Assembly (NCBI GenBank): GCA_000934665.2
Contig: JYFJ02002599.1
Span: 1-54,207, forward strand
Reading direction: 5' to 3'
Length of the DNA: 54,207 bases
Source: Catajapyx aquilonaris
Taxonomy: Eukaryota
Within the stretch, counting starts at the first letter, position 1. Every line of letters begins with the position of its first letter. Under the pieces are notes generated by a model. The model ran no database searches, was not told the DNA's origin, and saw only the letters and a list, made by a program, of their open reading frames with translations. A program made the position numbers and the translations under genes. Positions 9,332 to 19,527 of the stretch are shown piece by piece.

Positions 9332-12300
9332 TTATCGAAACAGGATGGCACCAAGTATAACAAGAAATTCCACTGCTCCTGGGATGGCAGAACCAAATCC
9401 AAACACCCACCAGAAGGAATTACAGTCCCATGCATCAACAACAAAGTAGGCCAATGCAACAGAAGCACTGCAATGAGATGCAATAGCTAGACAAGCAAGT
9501 TAAGGTTTGTAAATAAACGTGTTTTGATTTGGATATAGCATAGCATAGCTTCAATAGGTGACATGACACTCAAAATGCAAAGGATACAGATGAGTGCCAC
9601 AGTTGGCATAAACATAGAAATCCCCGAGAGCAATCCAAAAATTTCCAAGCCTCCCAGCCCCAGCGCAACACTCAGTCCAACCATCAACCTGAAATGAACG
9701 TAATATCACATATCCTTTACAAATTTAGTCTATAGTCGACACTGCAGACTGGGAAGCTCAAAAAAACATTGAGGGAATGCAGAAATACAGAGAGGAAACG
9801 AAACATCTGGCATCATTTCACATCCTTTGGGGCTGCCTGATCACCACACACTTACCATGAATAAGACATGCATGAAAACATCACCTCTAATTTTAGTGTT
9901 GAAATGGTGCTTTTCTTAGCGGATTCGGTAAGAGGCACGTAGAAAGTAAAACCTTGCATATGAAGTAGTGGAAGCATTACTTCGGCTTTCTGGATTGGAA
10001 AAGGAAATAAATGCTTGATTGATTTTTTACTGTGTCGACTACTGGGGCACTTACCTTACCTATCCGTTCTTAGAAACCCCTAATCTCAATAATATGTACG
10101 AGTTATTTGTTATGTAACCAATCCCAAGTTTTTATAGTGAATATAATTTCCTTGTTAAAAATAATACTTAAAGACCATAAAGTGAACAATTACATGTACA
10201 GTGTAAATTATGTGCCATTTCCATCACAGGTCAGGGAACCATTACTAGTGCATGCTCATCAGATACTAACATACTGGGATCCAGACTGGTGGCAGTCCTT
10301 TTTCCAGCTTGTGTATGTGGGTGTTGTTATAATATATTAACAACTACATAAATCCCGTGTACACGTGGCCATAAATCCCCGCAACAATCCCGTACATCCT
10401 TATGACAATCCCACAAATCTGGTGTACATTAAAATGGTTAGTTGTTACCTTTTACCCCACTTACATTTAAAAAGTGTCACAACCAAATTTCTCATAGTGT
10501 GGCAGACTTAATTGGTTGAATCTGCACTACAGGAAGGTGGGACAGAAAAGCAACACATTCAGGCCCAGCCAGGATGGAAAATTGCCTATTACTTATGCAC
10601 ATAATTGTTCACCTACTGTGCATGTGCAGGAATTACAATATATATTCAGTTTCTGGAATTTTCCTGCTCCAATTCCAGAGCATACGGGGTGAAGGGAAAC
10701 TCGCGCCAAATAGCCAGGTAGACTGATAGTACTCGCAAAACTAATATAGGGATGTGCAAAATTAGTTTTTGGCACCAGTGCATAGTTAATGTATATGGCA
10801 CCTTTAAAGTGTAGAGGGCCGTGTGGTAAAATATGAGGTAAAAATCACAATGGGCACGGGTGTTGCACCCAGATTCTTACTCTGAACGGATTTGATCGCC
10901 TATTGCACGTGGACGATGTGTTAGGGGACCAAGGCCGGATTATTTGGAGGTATTCGAGCTGGCTTTTGCTTTTTAAACTGGCAGAGCAGATGTAATGTCA
11001 CGAAACTTTAAAGGTGCCATACACACTAACTACGTACACTATGGTGCCCAAAACTAACTGCACATCCCTATACTTTAGTGGGGGCTTAACGTCGGTCTAT
11101 TTCTGCCGCTAAGGCTGAACACCGACGGCAAGGGGTGGTCCTCCTCCTGGAAATTTGGCCACTCTGGGGATCTTTAACGTGCACTTGCGCAATGTCACAA
11201 GCACACGGGACGGACAGCTCCACTTCCCCTCTGAAGGAAGGCGCACTCTCACTTATCTACCACCCGGAGAAAAGTCACCGACCTTGGTTAGGTTCGAACC
11301 CACAACTTTGGGACTAGAGGTGTGCGCGCTAACCACCAGACCACCAGCGCCGGCTGCACATCCCTATACAGTGGGACCCACTTATTTGGACCACATCGGG
11401 GCCAAGGCATTTTGGCCCAATGAAGCGGGGGTTTGATTAACCGGGGTTCATGTGAAACGACAGAAAAAAAAATGCAAAAAATTAGACTGCACTACCAGCT
11501 TTAATCTAAAAAATCTCACAACAGGTAAAATCGATGTATAAAAGTGCCTGTGTCATGCAAGTGTCATGGAAGTGCAAAGTACTGCACAATAATTTTAGTG
11601 CTCACTTCGCTGTAAAAAAAATGGTCTAGTAACACCTGTCAGGTTCTTGTTTTTGACTTCATGTTAACAAAGTCCGTGCAGGTGCCAAAGTGCAGTCACA
11701 GGACCGCCGTCATTCCCTACTTGCATAAAAAATCGTCTTAGGAATGGTCCCTTAATCACGAGCCCACAGGCGTTGCAGTACAGTATAGCATTATAGCAGC
11801 CAAACTGGTCCGACTAACAGGGGAAATCACCAGCTATGCAGGGGAAAATGACACTTATGGTATTGATTTAATTCTGGTCCTGGCGATAAGGTCCAAAAAT
11901 ACGAGGGGCCCAATAAACCGGGTCGCACTGTATTAGTTTTACGAATACTATCAGTCTACCTGGCGATTGGGCATGAGTCTCCCTTCACCCTGTAAGTTTC
12001 CCTCTAGGTATCTCTGAAGTTGAAAATAAGTGAAAATGAACGGAGATTGCAGCACTGTTGACTTTGCAGGGGATGGAGGCACATCAACATGTTTCGGATT
12101 CCCTGGGCTGCTGCATAGCGATTTAGCGAGTCAAAAATTATGTTGGTCTCAGACTACAGTAGAATAATCTGACCTCAGATTATTCAGCTGTCCTACTCCA
12201 GCAATAAATGCATGTTTTCTCATCAAATACTGTAATGCACGCCTACTAATCATTTGTTTTGTACTGCCTTAGTTAAATTTCAAACACCAGAGAGTGCATG

Positions 12301-13024
12301 TAAAAGATCAATACTTCACTATTTCGTAGAAAAGCATAATATTGTACATTATTTCATGATTTTAGTTGCGTTTTCCTTTGCTTCTCTGATTAAGGCCCAT
12401 TCACACAGGCCGTCGACGGTTTTGGTTTTTGGTCTCGTCGACGCCGCGGACCAATAAGAACGGGCCCACACGTAAACAACGCGTCATGGTTACCGTGAGG
12501 GCCCGCTCTGATTGGTCCAAAACCAAAACCGTCGACGGCCTGTGTGAATGAGCCTTTATCCGACCTTTTCTGTTATCTGACAATGCTCCGGTCCCATGGG
12601 TGACGGATAATCAGGGTTCTACTTTACTACTTTAAGATCCACCCATTGTTGTGCAAAAAATTGCCTCACCTCAATATCCATGCCTGATACCATCATGGTG
12701 CAACCTTCAGTTTAACCAATACGCCACCATAGTAACCACAATCTTGGCCTAGTCACACACACACACCTTCCACAAACGACAAGGGAGCAACTCACTCGAA
12801 ATCCTTGGCCTTGTACTGGTCCTGGCCGTACTCTAAGGGCAGACTGGCCTTCACGTTCTCCTCCTGAAACAGACCCAGTTCAGAGAAGAAGTGTTCCAAC
12901 CTACGTACGCCAGCGGCCTCTCTCTCTCTCTCATTACCCTGGCCAAGAGGATGGAGGCGGCGATGCAGAGGTGGGCCACCAGGGTCAGGAACCGGGTCGG
13001 AAGGAGGCCGTTCCCTGCGTACAT
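9332..13024 (-). CDS. TMEM107: Transmembrane protein 107 (ciliary transition-zone protein), 136 aa, four exons
   Basis: Exons 13024-12938 (MYAGNGLLPTRFLTLVAHL), 12863-12796 (EENVKASLPLEY), 9688-9588 (GLSVALGLGGLEIFGLLSGISMF), 9486-9332 (SIASHCSASVALAYFVVDAWDCNSFWWVFGFGSAIP). Matches recalled TMEM107 motifs (LVPSRFLTLLAHL, LSGVSMF, AHCSASVAL). Confidence 0.93.
9487..9587 (-). other. U12-type (minor spliceosome) GT-AG intron of TMEM107
   Basis: 5' site GTATCCTTT at 9587; branch point CCTTAAC at 9505-9499, ~10 nt from the AG at 9488-9487; removal restores the TMEM107 frame. Confidence 0.93.
9733..10041. mobile_element. Possible degenerate MITE
   Basis: Short inverted termini tagtcgacac...gtgtcgacta; no internal evidence. 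Confidence 0.3.
10747..11070. mobile_element. MITE with ~65-bp terminal inverted repeats, TA-flanked
   Basis: tagggatgtgca..ttagttttt ggcacca..tatggcacctttaaagt matches the reverse complement of actttaaaggtgccata..tggtgcccaaaactaactgcacatcccta. Confidence 0.85.
11074..11353 (-). mobile_element. tRNA-derived SINE with a Nin/Deu-like central domain
   Basis: Minus strand has A box TGGTCTGGTGG and B box GGTTCGAACC, core GTGCACGTTAAAGATCCCCAGAGTGGCCAAATTT, and a perfect 16-bp TSD ctgcacatccctatac at 11058-11073 and 11354-11369. Confidence 0.9.
11369..11930. mobile_element. Non-autonomous pogo/Tigger-like element, TA-flanked
   Basis: Termini cagtgggacccacttatt ... aataaaccgggtcgcactg, with TA on both sides (11367, 11931). 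Confidence 0.75.
12393..12555. mobile_element. PIF/Harbinger (Tourist-like) palindromic MITE
   Basis: ~37-bp near-perfect TIRs aggcccattcacacaggccgtcgacggttttggtttt; TTA target duplication at 12390 and 12556; the interior is also palindromic. Confidence 0.85.
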
Positions 13025-13079
13025 CACCAAGCCCCCAAGGACACCTCACGCTCCCTGCCTGGCCCCTATTCCATCCGAA

Positions 13080-13200
13080 TTCCAGGCCGGAAGTAGGCGG
13101 AAGCCGGCTCGGCTCCAGTTCAAACCAACGGCTTTGTTTCAACTACAATCGACGCCTAAATATGGCGCCGTTGTGTGGCGCATGCGCATTATGGAATTAG
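13080..13200 (-). promoter_or_regulatory. Housekeeping-type promoter of TMEM107
   Basis: ETS CCGGAAGT (13087-13094), YY1-like AAATATGGCG (13158-13167) and NRF1/Ewg GCGCATGCGCA (13178-13188) in CpG-rich DNA 60-170 nt upstream of the ATG. Confidence 0.65.
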
Positions 13201-13402
13201 GTAGGATCGATTCCAGGCGCGTCGTTCGAATTGTGATGAGCATTATTTTAATATTGTACCAAAGAGGATAACAGCTATTATACGCTTTGGTAAGTTAAAT
13301 AATTGCGCAGTACTGCACCGAGTGGAAATAAGCCATACTTTCAACTCCGCTAAATTGAGAGAGGAAAAAAAAAAAAATGCCAGCTGACAGGCCACATCCG
13401 AT

Positions 13403-13408
13403 TTTATT
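13403..13408 (-). terminator. Probable poly(A) signal ending the ~1.2-kb U-rich 3'UTR of fray
   Basis: AATAAA on the minus strand followed by a T-run, just before the TMEM107 promoter. Confidence 0.5.
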
Positions 13409-14582
13409 GTCAGACCACATTTCCTGTCAAATTCCTGCCAATTTGTATCTTCAAAGTATCTTTACAATGCCACACTAATGCATAATTATGTCAGTTCTTG
13501 GGTTTGTTAAAATGTATCTACACAGATAATTTTCTTGTGAACTGGTGCGTTTAGGAAACAGGTTTTTGAACATGGCTGCAAACACATGTTCATAGGACCA
13601 CTGTGTTCAACTACGGAAAAAAAAAAACTATTATATTGGCATACAACAAAAAAAAAACCTGGAGAATGGGGAAGAAAGGGAAAAATTGTAAACACAACTA
13701 TTTCTTTCTTTTTAAAAACCAATAGACAACATTAGTTTCAATAATAATTGTTCACACCTATTCATTTATAATTAAACCTATGAACCACATTTTTTTTACT
13801 TGCATAATATATGGCACTCTCTCATTTTCTCCTTTCCCCTAAAAACATGGGATTTCAAAATAAATACAGATTAACACACTCAATAATACAATGATCGAGA
13901 AAAAAAAAGTACATTTTAAAAACAAACGAATAAATCAAGAACTTTATACAAATGTTATGGTACTAATAATACTAATCCACCTGGGATAAGGCAATTTGGG
14001 GTAATGGGGGTGATTTGAGGAATAATAAAACAGTGCAAAAATTCAGGTTTTGCCACTTTTACAAAATTCCCTCTACTAAGTAAATACTCCTCGCTTTTGT
14101 TTCACATGCGTAAGAAATTATTCATACTGGAGGAAATACTAACTGTATCAATGCCAAGAAAAAAAAATGCTCTAGGATTCCTGAATACCTCACTCAAACA
14201 GTGAAATGGGCACACACAGCTCTTATTTTTTAAATAGTTAAGTCATGCAGTGTGCACAAACCACAAACTTTAAGGAAAATCATAAGAGAGAATTGGGAAG
14301 AAGCCCGCTGCTCACCAATATAATCCTGCTCGATATTCTTGTGACTAAAAAAATTTCAGGAGGGAAAACTCGGAACATTTAAACCTCTCAAAGCTACGCT
14401 ACGTATTTCATCAGGATATGGAGCATATTTTGCTATCCCATTCATTACTTAATTTTTTCCCAAATAGTAATGGGCAGCAAAGCACACCTGTTTAAGTTGG
14501 TCATCAGAAAAAGGCAGAAAATAAATCATTCAAATGCACAAATATTATGCTTTTTTTTCTCTCGCTCTCTCTTGCTTATTCT

Positions 14583-17500
14583 TTAATCGGTGATAGTAAG
14601 TTGGGCAAACCCTATAAGCGCCTTGTCATCTGGTACTTCATTGGGCCCACAACCAGAACTCTGGAACAGGAGAACAGACGAGTTACACATAATACTTGTT
14701 GCTGCATGATACGGTATGAAAAATAGAAGAAATGCAACTGACCAGCGCAAATGTGAGGTTCTTGCAGGAAGCATAACTGCTGCTGGTGATCTTATGCAGA
14801 TTGGCAGCAATCACAACCATGTCCCTCCCATCCACAAGCCCTGCTCCAACTAATTCCGATGCTATTCCTTCTGAGCTGTCCTTGCCAGGGACAAACTCAA
14901 ACCGGATGTCATTCAGCTCCCGACGACAATTTCTAAAATGAAAGTAACAGACAGTCAGCAGGACAGTTTGCTGTTTCAGATGTGTCCTGTGCCCATTTAC
15001 ATGAAAATAATACTACTAGTCACTGAAACCTTTCAATACATACCTCATTCTGAGAACAAGGTTGATAGGATCGTGTTCTTTAGGTGGCTCTGGCTGTTGC
15101 GGCACTGCAGCTGGAGGAGTAGGTTGAGGGGCAACAGGCCCAGGGACAGACATGGGTGTTGGGGCAACAGGTGCTGGTGCTGCCTGTGGGGGAGACACTG
15201 GGACTGGGGGATGAGGTGCTGGGGGTGGAGGGGTGGCTGTAGGGGCAGCAGTAGGAGCAGGGGTTGTTGCAATGGAAGGGGCTGGGGGGCTTGTAACAGA
15301 GCTTGTAGTGGAGGAGACACTGTCTCTGTGCGCCAAAGGCTGGTTCTCCTGAGACTGAAGTGACTGTGTTGGTGAGATGCCAGAATCATCTTTGCTGCTG
15401 CCACTGGATGACACTGAGTTTGTCACTTCGCCATTGGGTGGTTTCGATTTTTCTTCATTATCCTTTGAAATGAAAATAGTCACGTGTCACTTCAGAAATA
15501 CTGCAACATTGCATGCAGAAGTGCGTGCCTGTTATTACATAGTAATGACTAATGAGCAATTTGTGGGAGCATAGTATATCCTTTCGGGAATATGTCACAA
15601 TCTTTGATTGACAAACAGGATATAGGGAATGTTCCAAATGGGAAGGCATGTTATTTACGCCTGCCTTGGATGGATGCAATCCTTCCTTTCATTCTGGATG
15701 GTTATGAACAAAATGGAAAAGCAGAGATGCAACCAAGTTAGTGAAATGAATGTTTTTTTGTCAAGAAATTAAAAATGCATTCATCTGCTGGCTAGTGGTT
15801 TTCCCACTAAGCTGCAATGGCCGCTTCATTGTTTTCTTTGCCAGACAAGCATAATGAGCCAATAACTTTACCACCATATCATTTCTAATCACCAATTATA
15901 TTTCAAGGTGCAAGCATTAACACAGAAGCAATGGGCATGGAAATTCAGCTGAAACTACTCTATAGTACTGCAATAAAGAGCTTCGCTGCAAAAATCACTG
16001 GAGCTGCAGTGTGCTTCCGTAATTTGCTCCAGAGAAGCTCATTAGTGAAGTAGGCCCAAACTACACCACTGCCTCTACTCAGATTTATGCTGGGTTAGTA
16101 AGGGCATGTTGCACAATCAATGGTCAACATGTGTCTCATTAACAAGTGATTAATCACTTTTTCTGGATTTATCTGAATTGTACAACTGACCTTATGCCAC
16201 AAAAGTAATGCACTCATACTCTTGTCTGAATCAGTGCAAAATATATCAATGCTTCATGATAACAATGACACAAACGCAAATTACCTCATCTTCCGAATCA
16301 TCTCCGCCACCTTCTTCATCAGAGGACCAAATCCACTCTCCTGTTACTGTTCTATGCAACTTTCCTGATGCTCCAGGCTGTCTTTTCGCTGCCTGCATGT
16401 TCAGGACACATTTTAGATTATGTTGCACAAGAGAAGAGAAAAACTTACCTTCTGAACTCTCGTTTCCAAACTTGGACCACATGCTAAAAGAGTCTGTTGA
16501 AGATACCTTTTGTCCTTTGCTTTCTTGAAGAACTGATGTTTCAGTAATTCATTAGCAGTTGGCCTGAATTCATCAAGACAAGTATCATCAGTAAAGTAAT
16601 GAGTACTATACCTGCGACGACACATTATTAGATATCAGTACCTTTTCGTTGGATCCTTCTGAAGGCAGTCAGCAATCATCTTCCGAAAGGTCTTTCCGTA
16701 TATCTTGTACTGATCCTTCTCCTCTGCCCCAGTGTCGATGGTAGGTGGATCATTTTGCAAAGTGAGCATCAGTACCTTCATTGGTGGATATTTATGATAT
16801 GGAGCAGTTCCAGTGGCCATCTCAATTGCAGTTATGCCGAACGACCAGATATCTGCTTTGAAATCATAGCCATGATCCTGCTCCATGACTTCTGGAGCCA
16901 TCCAACAGGGGGTGCCAACGAAAGTGTGCCTGACTTTCTGCCTGGAGAGATCTCCACCAGTAGCCAACCAGGCACTGACTCCAAAGTCAGCTATCTGGAC
17001 AGTTCCATCCTCACCAAGGAGGATGTTGCCAGCCTTAATATCCCTAAAAACAGATGGGATCAATGTCACATGAAGTCATTTTAAACAATCCAAAATGTAA
17101 TAAAATGTAATGGAATGCAGGTTATGCATATTAGTTATTGTGAGTGTTACAAGTCATAGAGCCGTAGAATGTCTAGGTTTTCAAGTGTAGCACGATTATT
17201 GCAGTGATATTGACAAGTTATCACATGACTATCAACAAAAAATGCATTACAATTTTTTTCCATCCTTTGCATTGTGGTTATCATGGACTATGCACCATAC
17301 TGAAATATATATATCAGCTGACGAAAGGTTTGGCAGTTTGTAAGGAGCATCACATTAACAAGAACCAAAATAAAGCCTCATATTCACCCTTGAAAATTAC
17401 TATTTCAATCAAACAAATCCAGCAATAGTACACACGTAGTAAATTTGTCATCCTAATATTTACAGTTGCAATCAAATATTAGGAATGAATGTTATCAATT

Positions 17501-19527
17501 CTCAGGAATGCTATCTGCAATGTAAGCAAAGAATAGATATCTATTATGTTGACACGTTATCCTAAATAAATAAATGTTTTGACAATGTCTGTCACAGGTC
17601 GGGATCACCCTTGCTACTAAACACCTAAAGGAAGAGCTCAAAATAGAGCAAGACACTCACCTATGTATCTGCCCATTGCTGTGGAAATACTCCAGTCCCT
17701 TGAGCACTTCCTTGAGCACTGTGGCAATGGTGTGTTCATCAAACACTCCATGCTTGCAGTCTGAAGTCTTTATCTTGTGCTTGATGATGTCAAGAAGTGA
17801 GCCACCCTCAAGCAACCTGAGGACCAGCCACAGCTCTTCCTTCACCACAAAGCTGGTGTAATAAGTTACTACATTCTCATGGTTGCACGATGACATGGCC
17901 TGAATCTCCTTCTGGACATTGTAAAGAAGGGAGAAAATAACTCGTTAATTAATTGCCCTAATGTTTTCCAGAGGAGGAGTGATAAAAATAATTTATAATG
18001 AAATTGGGCAACGAACCAACAGTTCATCCATACTCGTGTTCCACTTCTCTAAATTTATCCTCTTGATGGCGCATTTCTCCTGACGGGGCTTGCAGTATGC
18101 AGCGTGAACAGCTGCAGTTGCACCCACACCTGCCAAGAAGTTTAATCATCTAATTAGTCACTTTACTGTAGGGCCAAGTGCCCTGTACTCAAATCAACAT
18201 ATGCAACAAATGTGGGTTACCAACTATATGGGTAATTAAATCAAGCTAACTTTAACACTGTCCACTTTAATGGCAAGTTGATGCTGCAATGTATGAATTA
18301 CACGATACTGCAACTTCAGAAGCATTTTTAAAAAGCAGTATCTGATTGACCAAAGTTCAACTGTAAATTATAGAGTCACGAATTTCTTGTTGAATACAAA
18401 TTACTAAAGCATCACTGCATTAAACTTGAGAATTTTGGTGTCAATATACTGTAAATGCCCAGTGCGTGATTTGGCAATGCCAGTCAAGCACCTGCTGGGT
18501 CACACCTTAGCGTACCAGATTCTGGCATTGGACCAGCAGTGTAATGACCTTAACATGAACAAACACATCATCCCTGCACGTGGAATTATTTGTGAGTCCA
18601 TTACCGACGAACACTACAGGCCTGCAGCCATACTTGTAAACACTAATGCCACAAAACAATGTTATTCATCATATCGATGTGTAATACATTACATCACAGA
18701 ATTTAAACTAGCACAGCATAATTCAGGCTAGATTGTGTACGAAGCACAATAAAACAAATTAAGTGAATGCACTCGTGCTGCCAGAAGGTTTTTTCAGTCT
18801 ACAAACCAACCATTAAGTGCTAACTGCTGCTAAAATGACCTTTTTGTGCCTGATTTCTTCTACTTTCAAAATTAGTAAAGAGCTAACTGTAGTTTAAAAC
18901 TGGCTCGAAGGTAATAAGTTTTATATGGCCCACACCTTTTAACAGTTAGAGCAACCAGGCAGATGTTAGCGCATCTGCAACTCTCACCAACTGGTCAATA
19001 TTTGCGTTCAGCTGATGGCAACATGCACCAGCAGCTGGACCTAATCTTACAACATGCGACCCAGTGGGCATGAACATTGCACCAACAAACCCAGGCCTAA
19101 TTACATAACGCAATAAGCCTTGCAATAAGCGCAACACCCCTAATTCGGTCCAGCATCGTGTCGTCTGCCGCCACACTCCGTCTCTCTCGTTCCAACTCAG
19201 TCAGCCCCTGGCCTTTCCCCGCATCCCAAATTTCACCAAAATTTATTCCAACAATCCCACCATAATTTTCCCCCCAAAAAATCTGCCCAATGCATTAAAT
19301 ATATTTTTTTTACTCATGCCCACATTGACCCTCATCTATAGTAATTTTTTTCCCTCCCCCTCTAGATGAGAGGGTGGGTGTCATCTCCCTGGTCCGACCC
19401 TGGATGCTCCAACTGTGTAGGCCAGACCCCTGAAGGTTGAGGACTGACCTATGACCTCCCTGAGATCGTAGTCGTCCCTCTGGTTGGCCCACCCCTGGAC
19501 CGCAGTGCCGGTGCCGCTCTCCGCCAT
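14583..19527 (-). CDS. fray: STE20-family kinase frayed / OSR1 / SPAK orthologue, ~584 aa, nine exons
   Basis: Exons 19527-19449, 18129-18017, 17911-17661, 17043-16642, 16563-16449, 16392-16285, 15462-15044, 14932-14743, 14660-14583, all phase-consistent. Motifs [42 protein letters not shown], and the C-terminal CCT domain (LNDIRFEF...LIGFAQLTI). Confidence 0.97.

Larger units (their letters stand above)
10685..11992. mobile_element. Fold-back MITE (Tc1/mariner-type TA target), split at its centre by nested insertions
   Basis: Arms 10685-10744 (cggggtgaagggaaactc...ccaggtagactgatagtactcgcaaaactaa) and 11933-11992 are reverse complements; flanking TA at 10683 and 11993. Confidence 0.85.

Noticed and set aside
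9316..9334. Stop-codon read-through fusing TMEM107 to the F-box ORF (they are in frame)
   Set aside because: Two in-frame TAA codons (TAA GTC TAA GTC CTA GTT ATG) make read-through implausible.
11280..11353. tRNA genes here and at 33213-33290
   Set aside because: A/B boxes are present but there is no complete cloverleaf; both are SINE heads bounded by TSDs.
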